A stretch of 64,000 bases of DNA from Bugula neritina (taxonomy: Eukaryota; Animalia; Bryozoa), in NCBI GenBank assembly GCA_964035545.1, contig OZ037767.1, positions 6,526,707 to 6,590,706 of the forward strand, read 5' to 3'. Below are positions 1-12,216 of this stretch, piece by piece. Position 1 is the stretch's first letter; every line of letters begins with the position of its first letter. The position numbers were made by a program, and so were the translations under genes. The notes beneath the pieces were generated by a model. The model saw only the letters and a list, made by a program, of their open reading frames with translations, was not told the origin of the DNA and did no database searches.

Positions 1-251
1 AATAGATTTTAAATCCGCCACTGGCTTTGAGTGTCGATGAATTAAATGATTAAATGCCATCAAATGTCATTAATAATTCATTAGAAATGTTTATATATGA
101 TCAGTCAGTAGCAAAGCCCACTCAATGATTTTTGCTAAGGTTCTTAGACATTAGCCAAGAGTAATAATTGCATATACTATAGGTGCAGTGTTCAGTGTAA
201 AAAATCAATGAGGTTTTATATTTTAAAATAATGGAACTGTAAGCAAATTAC

Positions 252-1114
252 CATTTTTGTTCATGTTGACCGCAAGGCAGGCTTTGAATCGACAAGCTTG
301 ACATCTGTTTCTTGTCTGTTTGTCCACAATACAATCTCCTGACTCCTAATAAAATATGGTTATGCGGTTATTTATTATTTATTTTGTTATCTTATAACTC
401 AAAAATATTTTGATATGCACAGCTTTATGTTACTTCAGAAAAATATATTTAGAATTTAAATTGTTTATTAATTTATACTCTTTAAACTATTTTTATCATA
501 ATATTTTAGTCTTTCATTCAAGTGTTTATAAGCTGCAATACCTGCTTGTGTTTTTATTATATGTACATAATTTAGGGCTTTTTCCGGCTGGGTTAATAAA
601 TATCTAAGCAAAACATCGTTCATTCAAATTTATTAATCTTTCCAGGTAATAAAACTATTATGACGCAATATCTTGAACAGAGAAAAATAAACATTTTTAA
701 GCTGCATACTGGGCAACAAATTCAATATATTGCCAAGTGCTTTATTATGCACTTGGCATGATAGAGAATTTAAAAAAAATTAATTATATATTCCAGATTG
801 TTTTCTTAAATATTCTAATAAATATCCTTTTGCACAAACCAGCCTATCATAGTTTTACAAGGCTATTGCTTGCAAAGTAAAATGCATTCTATCAGCCATC
901 AACTATAAGAAATAAAATAATAAAATAAAACACATTTATGCAACAGCATCAAGAGTAGATATATACTCACTTTGCACTGATAAATGGTTTTGCTACGAAC
1001 AGCTCTCTTAAAAAATCCCCGACATCCATCACAGCTCTGCACCCCGTAGTGACACCCACTCGCTCGATCTCCACAAACTAAGCACAGCTGGCTGATTATC
1101 TTTAGCTTAGACAT
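252..1114 (-). CDS. Nuclear receptor, NR2E6/PNR-like (NHR-236-type) DNA-binding domain; 3' part lies outside the window
   Basis: Exons 1114-971 and 345-252 with GT-AG junctions give [48 protein letters not shown]|[31 protein letters not shown]. Both C4 zinc fingers are intact. The P-box CDGCRG and D-box CKESGDC resemble NR2E6/PNR-like receptors as I recall them. Confidence 0.9.
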
Positions 1115-2188
1115 ACTTGGCTCAATGGGAAACTATCAGTTTGTTGCTGTAAAAGAACAATATTTTATCAAAATTGAAAGAAATGAATTTTATTGCTATT
1201 ATATTATTAATTCCTTTTAATCAAAAGTCACCAATGTTTATTGCATAGCTATTTGTATATTATAGCTAAATTTAATTGTATTTGCATATCTCTATACAAC
1301 TTTCCAATTTAATTGCAAGACAGATTATTTGTTTTTTTAAAGCACTGAGTTACATAAAAATAGTTAAGCGGTTTTTTATTCAACTAGGTTATGAACTGAA
1401 AAACACATAATTGAATGTTATATTTATTGCTTTAACTTTTAAGCTTTCAAAAATGTTGCTAAAAAGTTGTTTCATTGTAAGCTTAATGGATGCTTTTTGC
1501 TTTAACTGTTTGCCATTGAAAGCTGCAAGTTTGAGCTAACAACAATATAACCAGTGCTTCAGGAACAAAAGTATAGCCTTGGCAATAAATAATCAACTTT
1601 TGTTAAAAAGGGGCTCAGGATATGCTACAGTTCAGAGTTTACCATTGGAGTATGCAAGAGCTCTTTGTGTTTTTTTTTGGACTTGGGCTATGAGTTTAGT
1701 ACAATGAATAAGGGTGAACTTGGCATTGCTAAAAGTTGAAACTATAAACTAATGCCTTTAAACCTAAAACTTATTAAAATGCAAATATTTGCAAAACAAG
1801 CACACTAAAAACCTAATAGGTCATCAGTTTGATTTTAGTGTATACTATATGCTGTATTGAAGCTAAAATTATTAGTTGCAATAAGAATATTTTGTAATTA
1901 TGATTTACGTTTCAACAAATGTATGCAGGCTGATTGTTGATTGCCAATGGAGCTAACACCAAATTCATACTGTGTAATTTATTAGAATAGGAAAACCAAA
2001 GTAAAGTAGTAATTGCTGCAGTTGCTTTTTAAATGAAAATAATGAAAAGACCACAAAATAGTTTTCTGCAAAAATGATAAAAAAGCATAGTTAGTACAAT
2101 TATTATTCTTTCAAACTATGACATAAAGCAAAAAAAAACATTATTGACTAAAAAATGGAATGCGCCTGGTGATATATAATATAAATAC

Positions 2189-2348
2189 CTGTCAAAGTTG
2201 AGATGTTGAAAGTGGAAGCTGTGATGGTCTGGTGACTTAGTCTGGTCTGTTGATATCAAGTAGCAATATTTTGGTCACTGGAGTTGCTACCTGATGTATT
2301 TATAACAGAGATGTCACGAGTCAAATTCACCTGCAGTTTCCTGATTGG
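2189..2348 (-). promoter_or_regulatory. Candidate core promoter and non-coding first exon of the minus-strand nuclear receptor
   Basis: On the minus strand: CCAAT at 2348-2344, TATAAA at 2304-2299 and a donor CAG|GTATTT ending at 2189. A matching acceptor (ACAG at 1150-1147) lies just upstream of the ATG at 1114. Confidence 0.5.
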
Positions 2349-3940
2349 TGGAAATAAGGCTCTACTCTAAGTAAGATGTTTGCAGATCAAATTAAGTAAA
2401 CATTAGACTGATTAGTGACAATATAATACAGATAATAAAAGCTATAAGTCTATATAAGTGTTTAACATCTCCTTTCTTTACATCTCTTGAATAATTGATA
2501 CACTGAAAATGTGAATTTAAACACTAATCAATAATTGTGAGATATCATTGTATTATATACAGAAGCCTGGCATTTAAAAAGAGTAAATATACTGCAGCGT
2601 ACGGTGGTCATGATCTCTTCAATAACATGTACGTCGGCCAACAAGTGTTCTCTGAGTCACTAACTTGTAAGGGCAGTTGGATTGCAACATAGTATTATTG
2701 TATTGATGAATATGACATTTAACTTGAAAACTGTTTTTACTGGTCGTTGTTTGTCATTTTTCAAAAACATCATAATATTATTACTGATAATCAAAGCCTG
2801 ATGGTAGTACATATAATATGTATAGACAATTCCATACATGAAATCTACTAAAACCTCCTCTTCACCATTTGTTATCATTTTATGTATGCATTAAGAAATG
2901 GGCACCATATAAGTTGTTACGTAGTAATTGAATTATTTAAATATTATTATAACTTTAAAATGTGATTCCTTGATTAGGCTTTGTTTAAAAGCCTTTGTTT
3001 TGAGATTGTAAAGTATTACACTTCTAAAAGATGTAACACCTAAATAGATGAATCAGCAAGTCACAAGCTTACTGATGATGCAAAAGTTATTGAGCAAAAA
3101 ACTAGTAGCAAGTGTTGACAACTTCTTCAGCTTTAGAGTTTTCAAGATTTTAGTACTTATAATCTTTTTTGCTCTGCCTATAGTTACTACTCATTGTTGT
3201 ATTGTACATACGTGCATATACATGCGTACGTGTATATTTACAGATTTTTACTATGTACATTCGTTATTAAATTGTGTGTTTTAGATTACACAACTTTTTA
3301 AATTAGTTCTAATAAAATTTCTGTTTCTACTCTTGATAAGTTCAATAACATAATATATGTTTCCCAAAATACATCTTGCAGTTTTATATAATATAATTAG
3401 GTTATATATTATAACTAATGTGTTTACATGTTATTATATATATACATTTTTCCACTCATAACATTATTGGTGCGTTTTAACATTGTGCACGCCTGATGTT
3501 AACCTTCATCAGGTCATGGATGCAGTTTATGAAAGATACACCTTTGTACTATGAACAGTAGTTGTAAGTGAGGTTTTCTAACTATTGCTTTTCTCTGAAA
3601 TATATTCCAATAAAATAGCTACAAAATAATCATCCTATAGGTGAACTATTGGTGCAGCCACCCCTGTTGACTTTTCACTTATGGTGGAGCTTTATGTGCA
3701 AATTATTATTAGAGATTCCGAAGCAAACTCAGCTGGAGAGCTTCCAATAAAAATTATATTTTGAAGTATTTGATCTTTAAAATTCTTGAGTATAATTGGC
3801 AGGCGCCTTTCATCTTGCCTTTCATCTTATTGTAGGTGTACAAAACACCACTGCTACTGATTGCTTGCAGTTATACAAGCCTGAACAAGCTGTAGCCTAT
3901 AGCTGTTAACATCTTTAGATATACTACTATAAGTTAATAT

Positions 3941-4110
3941 GCAGGGTAGTCCAGTGGTTGGAGAGCTGTTTTAGTGAGCACAAGGTCGGTAGTTTGAGTT
4001 ACAGGAAAGCCAATCTAGGAAGCTTTGCCAAGAGAGAAAGTAGCAAATTCTAAAAATATTTTCCACCAGGAGTTTTCACAGGGATGGCAGCTATAAACTC
4101 ATGTGAGTAT
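3941..4110 (+). mobile_element. Degenerate tRNA-derived SINE copy
   Basis: A-box-like TAGTCCAGTGG and B-box-like GTTTGAGTTAC at tRNA spacing. The 3' part (ttccaccaggag...ctataaactcatgtgag) resembles a second copy at 18880-19085 on the minus strand. Confidence 0.55.
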
Positions 4111-6226
4111 TTATAAAATACGATAGTATGGTTATAGTATGTTAAAAGACATTATCACCAAAACATTTTTAAAACAAAATCTTAAAAATAAAATATATTA
4201 TTTTATTTTATCTCTTATAAAATTAGGCAGCTCTAGCTACATTAAAATAGTCTAGATTCTAACAAAAGATGCAAGTGTGAGCTGGAAGTTAAAATGTCAC
4301 CACTCTGAACTATACACTTAAGGCTACAGCTGGAAGGCATTAAGTTATATGTAAATTATTTGAGGGAATATATGCATAACACTTTATTATAACAATGGAC
4401 AGTGTCGACAGCCATGATTGGTTTAACATTGTTTGCTGCTATCACTCTTGAGCCCATCAATAACTATGATTGTATTACAACAAATTAAGGTTTCTCTTTG
4501 TACATACTTGTGCTTAGCTCAGTGCACTTGATGTTGACAAAGTCGACTCTTACAGAGTGTAAGCTGAAATTGACTAGTTGAGGGTTGGATGTTCTAGTCA
4601 GAATGTTCTAGTCGGTCAACAGGACTAGTTCTACTACCCAAATGAGTTCTATTTGAAATGTTCATATTATTTAGTCATACTCTGGAGAAGATTGTGTAGA
4701 ATATGAATTTGATTGTTTTATCTTTATTCTGCCGACGCTTATAAAAAATTTTATCCTACAGGTGTAAGCTTGTTCCTTGAAAGCTAGTTTTATTGTATGC
4801 TAGTATTTAGATAATTTGATTAATATTTCAAAGACCCATTAGTTCGAAGGTGCATTGCTCCGGATGTGGTTGTTTAATAAAATAAAACTGTTATTGGTTC
4901 TGTTTTGTAGGCCCCCTATATGTATTGTATTGCAATTGGTCGAAAAAATAATGATTTGCTAGGACTTTATTTTTATTTTTTAGCTTTTCATTTTTTGCGT
5001 TACTATCCAGAAGTTGAACAGATATAACTTGGCACTAAATATTCAGCATAAATTCCAAATTGCGTTAAGCTCAGCACGTGTACATTCAACCATGATGGCA
5101 AAGAAAGCTTTATTTATAAATTCCCATTTATAGAGTCAAATTATAAAAAAAGCTGTGCATTAGTATCAATGACTTTAAAAGCTATTCTAGTTCTATTGTA
5201 ATAATATATTATGGTGTAATTCGAATAACAACTTGTTTCAGTTAGTGTGTGCTACGCAAATATTTTCGGAGCAATGGGCCTTCGGCTTAACGATTCGTCC
5301 CATAATGTAGCCCTAGGTCTAACTGTTAACTAACAAATGCAATTGATTGTTGCATTTAAACTAAGAGTTAAATCTTTAAGAAACTTAAGCACACCATGTA
5401 CTAAAAATAATATAGATTATAATGCTTATGTTTGGCTCCTTTGCAATCTTGCTCTGCTAGCTCATACACATTTCAAAAGTACTCAAATGTAAATATTTTC
5501 TAGAATTTTGCTAGCTTTAGTTTTTTCAACTGAAGCTAAAACATGTAGGGGATTTATGTGCTAAATGTTAGGTATTTTTTTGCAAATTACTATGCAACTA
5601 AACCTAAAACTATACTAAATAGTAACTACTACAGTCTATAGTTACTTTTTTCATTTAAGATTTTCCTCTGAGTTTCATTTTTGCAGAAGACGTATCACGT
5701 GATTTGGTAAATGTAGATAAGTCAAATTAATGATGACAATTATATTCCTATAGTTATAGTGTTTGCTAAATGTACCAAATATTTTGTTTTTTATTCAGGT
5801 TTTCAAATACTAAACTATGCCTATATCTGGAGCATGATGCAATCTACACTTACCATTAAAATGAAAGTCGCAGCCACGTGTAGCAACAAAGCATTAACCA
5901 ACACTATTGTTCAAGTTAAGTGCGCTAACTCGGCAAACATCAAAGTGACACTGGGTTATATAAGGAACTATTTACGTTTTCAATTATAGCCACCATACAA
6001 CTGGTAAAAGAATGCAGACTGGACACCGCCTTGTAATTATTTTATTTGAGTGGTAATGAAACACCATAGTATGACAGGATTATTCTATCACCCTGAAGTT
6101 TTATTAAACACTTTTAGCTGATTTTTATTACAAACCTGTAAGACAAATAATAAATTAAGTAAAGAGCTAATAAATTTCACTCAGATACTTAAACTATGCA
6201 CTGTTAATGGGAGGATTAACTGCCAG

Positions 6227-6234
6227 TATATAAA
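6227..6234 (+). promoter_or_regulatory. Candidate TATA box of the LBD-less nuclear receptor
   Basis: TATATAAA about 50 nt upstream of the first in-frame ATG at 6282. Confidence 0.45.
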
Positions 6235-6235
6235 T

Positions 6236-6500
6236 AGACAGAAATATTCACCGCGTGTCAGAAGACAAGAATCTTTACAGCATGTCAGGAGAAAACAGAA
6301 ATCTTCACAGCATGTCAGGGGAAAACAGAAATCTTCACAGCATGTCAGGAGAGAACGGATATCTTTACAGCATGTCAGGAGAGAACAGAAATCTTTACAG
6401 CAAGTCAGGAGAAAACAGAAATATTCCCAACATGTCAGGGGAGAAGGGAAATCTTTACAGCATGTCAGGAGACAACAGAAATCCTTACAGTATGTCAGGC
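6236..6500 (+). repeat. 30-bp coding minisatellite (about 8 units, MSGENRNLYS)
   Basis: Units of atgtcaggagaaaacagaaatctt(t/c)acagc start at 6282, 6312, 6342, 6372, 6402, 6432 and 6462, with a partial unit at 6492 and degenerate units at 6236-6281. Confidence 0.95.
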
Positions 6501-7905
6501 AGCAATTCTCGTCCCATTCAAGTCTGCAGAGTATGTGGAGACGCTGCTAGTGGTATACATTATGGCTCTTTGAGCTGTAACAGCTGTCGTTGTTTCTTTA
6601 CGAGAACTGTGGTACAAAGTGCTTTATACAGGTGCACGGTAAGTACGGCTAAAACAGTATGTTTTTTATAATTAGTTGTTTAAATGTTTTAGTGTGCAAG
6701 TTGCAACTTTTTATTTTTTTTTCCGTAATAAAATATCTGTAAATCTGAAAATTTCTTCTTGCTTCTGTCTTCAACAGAGTCTGTAGTAGAAATGCAATGC
6801 TTCATAAAATATGAAGTATTATTTTTAGTGTAAGAATTTGTTTATACTTATGTGTAGGTTTGCTCATTTTATAACGCATGAAGTAAATGCTAAACCTTAT
6901 ACTATTTTCATGTTATGGAATTAACATAGTGATTGATGCACATCAAAATATATCAACTTTTCATATAAAATTATATATAAATTGTAAAATCAAAATGTAT
7001 TATGTATACACAGGGAAGTGGTGATTGTGAAGTCACTAAAGTAACTAGAAACAACTGCAGGGCCTGCAGGTTTCAAGCATGTCTTGATGCCAACATGAAA
7101 AGAAATTGTAAGTAGAAATGAGCAATCACCATGATATAAATATTTAGAAATAATAACTATAAAGTTAAAATTCTATTCTCTCAGTCTGTACATGCATATA
7201 AAATAATAAGTTAAAATGTTAATGTCATTGTGTTGTTGCTTTACACTAATCTTGTAGCAATTAGGTTAACTAAAGCAAGTTTTAAATAAATTTTAGATAT
7301 AAATATTTAATTTCAGGGTTAGGCTACACTTCAATTTTCTTTATTTAGTAGTGAGGACTATGCAATCCCGGAAAGTTCCAAGTGCAACAATTTCAAATCA
7401 GAGTCTCATGATACAGAATATGGCAAGGTGAATTTATACTGACGGTATACTAAAACTAAAGATTCTGAAAGCAAGCTTAAATGTATAACTTAGCTTTTTA
7501 TTAGTACTAGTACCTGTGACATAGTCACTTTAGTCTTAGTCCCAATAACTTATTTGACAGCAACACTTCTAGCCAACCTTGCCCAACCTAATAATCTTAA
7601 GTCTCTATTCACAAGACTTAAACTTCACTGGGTGTGTTTCTTATACATTTAGGCTTTCAATTTTATGTGATACTTGTGAAAAATGTATTAAAATATTATT
7701 TGTTTGTAGATTTCCATCAATAAACAGATTTTTTCCAGCAGATTCTTTTCGAGCGCTTTCTTTAGCAGCACCTTTTGTACCTCCAACAGTTTTGCCCCCA
7801 GTACCTCTAGTCCCTCCGGCTGTTCCAGCTTTTATGCCCAATTTTCCTGCCATGTATGAACTGTGGTACAACTTTTGTAACATACAGTTGTTGAACCAGC
7901 ACTGA
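6282..7905 (+). CDS. Nuclear-receptor-family protein with DBD only (no ligand-binding domain), about 241 aa
   Basis: Exons 6282-6638, 7014-7107, 7349-7427 and 7710-7905, all GT-AG with compatible phases (726 nt). DBD: CRVCGDAASGIHYGSLSCNSCRCFFTRTVVQSALYRCT|GSGDCEVTKVTRNNCRACRFQACLDANMKRN. A Pro-rich tail follows, ending LLNQH-stop. AATAAA at 8390. Confidence 0.85.
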
Positions 7906-9654
7906 CATTTATTTTTTGTTTGAGGTCCACTTGTCTGGTGTGCTATAAATTGATTGACTTTTTAATAGCTAGAATTCTCTAACTATTATGATGTATTTAG
8001 TGCAAGCATTGTTTGAGTCGCTATATTGTTATGTTAAATTGTTTGTGTTTGTGTGTTATTGAGCATGATTTTAATGAAGCATAAAAATTATAAACTCTAA
8101 AAATAATGTAAATTCATAAGTTTTGAGTGTTATTTGTACTTGTATAGTTATTAACCCTGTCTCTGCTATTCAAACTTATACTTTTGGACAAAAAAGAGTT
8201 ATTTTACTTCATAAAATCAAAACTTCTTGCAGTGTTTATGACTTTTTGTACAGTTGAGGGTGTGAGTGTAAACAAAAAAACGTACGTGCATGCATAAGCT
8301 GGTAAAAATAATCAGTTGTAAAAAGTTCAAAACCTACGTAAATTGTATTATAGTTAAACTCTGACATGGACTAGCTAAAGTAATTTGTAAATAAAATTGT
8401 AGTCTATGATTAATTTCTAGTTAATGTAGTTGCTGAAGTTGGAGAATCAAAATAAATATTTTTATCTATATTTGAAGTGCTAGTAATGAAGCAGAAAAGC
8501 AGTGAGCTTATATGGGTACTGGTACTTCAACTCACACATTTATCCTAATATACAAATATCATTTGATACAGTCCGTAAGTTTAGGTTGGAAAAATTAAGC
8601 TCAGCTAAATTTTTTATTTTGTATATATATACAATTGATTATATATATATATATATATTTATATTTTGCTCAGCAATGACATTCAATGATTGAGCATTCT
8701 AACCATGGTCACAAACTCAAGCTGCGAGCAGTTTGCAAGGCTTGTGACTCCTAGGTGACCCCTAGAATCACTTGAGCTCTCTGGCTTAGTTTTATACAAC
8801 TTTTAAATATGCTTTAGTAGAAACATAAGTTTATACTATGGCGAAGGTGTGGGCCATAGTACTCTGTTCTGTGCTGACGAGGGGACAAATATATATATAT
8901 ATATATAGGCTTATAATATATATGTACCATTACCGAAGCATTGCCATCCATTATGCATCTATCAAGGGGAGCACGGCTCAGAAGTTCCACATGTTTTATA
9001 CAGTGATTAGTAACCCGAGAAATTCACCCAGTTTTACCAACCATTACACTTTTGAACAAAATTCATCATGTAAACTATAAATACATTCTTGATGCAAACA
9101 AATTATTATTTGTCAAAAGTATTTTAAAATATAAGAGAACGCTTTACAAAATACCCGTGAACTAAAAAGTTATTAAGTATTGGATGGTTAGCGTTTTACC
9201 ACTTAGTGCTTCATCACAGGGTGTATTTAAAATAGCTTCATTGTAACATTGTAGCTTAAATGTAATTACTGTAAACAGCTCATAAAAATGAATTAAACAT
9301 ACGAAATGAATAAGACAACACCCACATTACGAGTATGAGGTGCAGTAGCTGTGATATTAAAGAGGTGATAACTCCAAAAAATCACACAATTTTCCAGTGT
9401 AGAAATGTTATAATACTCATGTGTTGATAGTGTAAATTACAAACAGTGTAAATTATTACATTACCTATGTCCTATGGCTAAGAGGCTAAGAACTATTGGA
9501 AATTCCTTCCAACAGAGAAATTCAGCAATATATCATGAGAAATTATTTGAAGTATTATAAGCCAGCATTAAACTTTGTATATCAAATATAATTATACCAG
9601 AAATATGATTATATACCGTAATAATAAAATAATTGTATGGTCAAAAAGTTATCA

Positions 9655-9947
9655 TATATCGTACATGCGTACATGCGTTGAGAAAACATTCGCACTTGTT
9701 GCTCTGCATTTCCAACGCAAGTGCGAATCATCTCTGTCGTAGTCACCTAATTGGCTAGTAGTTATTTAGCGAGCCCAATTTCTTTATTTAGTGCTATATT
9801 CCAGCAAATTGCGTTTTATTGAAAGCGAGCGTGGTTTAAAAATGAAAGCTTTATTTATCACGCATCACTGACGCTACAGTGGACACCTTTGCTACTTGTG
9901 ATTTTAATTTTCGCATGCGAAAATACGCACTGTGTGGCCCTAGGCTA
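9655..9947. mobile_element. Possible DNA-transposon (PIF/Harbinger-like MITE) remnant
   Basis: CpG-rich patch with an internal inverted repeat (ttcgcacttg...caagtgcgaa) and the end motif tgtggccctaggc. A similar end (tgtagccctaggt) occurs near 5306-5318. Confidence 0.3.
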
Positions 9948-10250
9948 TGTCTTCATGTGAACCAATTGTTTGAATGGCATAATTAACTACCATTGCATGG
10001 CGTTTACACATTTGAAAATTATATAACCAATTTTATTAATGAATAATAAATTAGTATAATCAATATGTCAGAAATTATGTGAGATACTCGGTGAATAATA
10101 CAACAGCAATATAATCAGCTTATTACAGCTAAAATATAATTTGCAAAAGTTATTTTTAGTATTTTGTATCAGTATTTAAACATAATACTTAGTCAACAAA
10201 ATTTGTCGATACAACATTTCGAGACAAAGTAAGCAAATGACAAAGAGTAA

Positions 10251-12216
10251 CTATAAATCTAATCCATGAACTTCTATCTCATAAATACTGATTCTGCTAT
10301 TACTTTCAGCAGCAGTTACTCTCACATATCTTCCATACATTCTGGGATGACAGCTAACTAAAATAATAGCTGTTTGTATTTGTCCAGGAAGGTAGCCACA
10401 CATCTTGTCTTCTGGTAGATCTCCAAAATTGATGTCATCTTCACCAACCATCACAGTGGCATTAGCTAAAATGTTGTTTTTTCCTGCAATGTATCAAAGT
10501 TTCTATAATAGCTGTACAATAGGTAAATATTGAACTTCAGCAAAGGATTGCTATTCACACTAGTAGCAAATAACGATGACTCACTGGTATTGGTACACTC
10601 TGATCTCTGCCAGATTTTTACTCCATAAATATAGTAGAAGATGGTCAGATCTATCTGTATCCAAGGTGAGTTCTCAACTCTTGAATAAACAAGGCTAGAG
10701 TCTTCTGCTATGTGGTGCTGAGAGGGAAGATACAATCCATCAACAGCATTGATTGCCTTCAAATTATCAGGTTGGTGCACACTGGACAGTGAAGCATTGC
10801 CTTCTACATACATGTAGATACCAGTCAGTAGTGAAAATGTTGAAAATGACACAAAAATGCTTTAAATAACATGTATGTTGACAATGAATGTTTTATTGTG
10901 GTGCATTTTATTTTAAAAACATAGCACAAGTAAAAAGCTAGTATCAGCTGATAAAAGATAAACAACATACTAAGCAGTTTAGCCTACAAACCTCTTGCTA
11001 AAGTGGTAGAGACGTCATATACTTCCACACAACCAATGTAACTCTTTTTAACAAGACACAGTCTACCAGTCTGCTCTGTATAGTTCACTACATTTGGTAC
11101 ATCAGATTGAAAGCAAGTTGATGTGTTGTTGTCATATGACATGGCAGCACATGATTGGTTAGATTCACAGAGGTTCTGACACGCCTCCCATGAGGAAACC
11201 TCAACCTGACTGTTGTAGATGACTACATCTGTGAACACTTGGTTGGTGTCGTAGATGTTGCCTAAAACAATGCAAAATAATTTAATTCAATTTTAAAGTG
11301 CCACATAATAAGATTTTGCTTCTTCTTGATTTTATGCAGAACATGACTTTTAAATGATCACCTATTTTGGTCATGAAAAACACTGAAATTAAAACAAAAA
11401 AAGTTTATATCAAACAATCCTTTGACATTTTTATTGTCTAATAAAGAACAACTTTTACCCAATTTGATTTTCAAAGCAATAAATTTTGTGTACTGTCTGC
11501 TTGTTTCTACTTGCCAATTATTAACTATAAATAATATGCAGAAGTATCTTATTTGTAACCTTTGTGCTGATTTACTGATTGTGCGTTGCCTAATTCAGTT
11601 ATTAGCATGTTAGGTAGAATTACATCATTAAGTAAATAACATATTTATATATACCAATATTTGAAAGATTTCTTTCAAAATAAATCAGTTCATCAGTATT
11701 TCCATTCTGGGGTTGTCCAAGCTTTTTATCTAATAACTTGCATCTGTTCAGGGGTGAGGAAAAAACTCCAGCTTTACACTCACAGCTGTGGTGACTACAC
11801 TGAACCATACACTCAACCAATGATCGTGCTAAAAAACAAACATCTATAATAATTTGAAGCAATAAAAATAATATCGGATCGTTTACAGTAAATCAACCAA
11901 CTGTAAGGAGAGGTTATATAACTGCAGTCAAGCTGTATTAGTAAATCTCTCCATATTAAAATATCTACTGTTACTTTATTCTTACCAACTTTATTGCATC
12001 ATTAAAAACAATATAGCCAATTCACAATGGTTGGTATCTTTGTTACAGTGAATCTATTGTTACTATATTCTTACCTGTTTGAGATTTCAACAGTAGAGTT
12101 TGAATACTTTTTTCACTGGAAATCGTCCTAATACTACAATGAACCTTACCAACATTTTTAACAGCTGGAATAAGTGAAAACTGAATAATCAACAAGAAAT
12201 AAATAGTAAATTTCAT
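10251..12216 (-). CDS. Secreted protein: signal peptide + two PAN/apple-like domains + F-type lectin (fucolectin/F5-8 type C fold) domain, about 345 aa
   Basis: Exons 12216-12075, 11828-11655, 11261-10992, 10803-10585 and 10483-10251 (all introns phase 1, 1038 nt). Signal peptide MKFTIYFLLIIQFSLIPA. PAN motifs SLVECMVQC..CKAGVF..C and SWEACQNLC..CAAMSY..C. Lectin motifs ASLSS, AVDG, PWIQIDL, VKIWQR, GRYVRV and EIEVHG. Confidence 0.85.

Noticed and set aside
2598-2665. Exon-like segment on the plus strand (cag|...YGGHDLFNNMYVGQQVFSESLT|gtaagg) and ORF 2660-2878 on the minus strand
   Set aside because: No recognisable homology and no partner exons that I could chain into a gene.
3492-3513. CCTGATG...CATCAGG hairpin containing CTGATGA on the minus strand, a possible hammerhead ribozyme
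   Set aside because: No GAAA core or stem II/III geometry; it is a simple palindrome.
6255-6281. GTG start given by the ORF track for the nuclear receptor
   Set aside because: The gene is eukaryotic. The GTG belongs to a degenerate repeat unit near the predicted TSS, and the first ATG is at 6282.
6236-6500. 30-bp repeats as a possible CRISPR array
   Set aside because: The units are contiguous with no unique spacers, they are in-frame coding, there are no cas genes, and the context is eukaryotic.
7641-7883. Gly/Thr-rich minus-strand ORF
   Set aside because: Antisense shadow of the Pro-rich last exon of the nuclear receptor.
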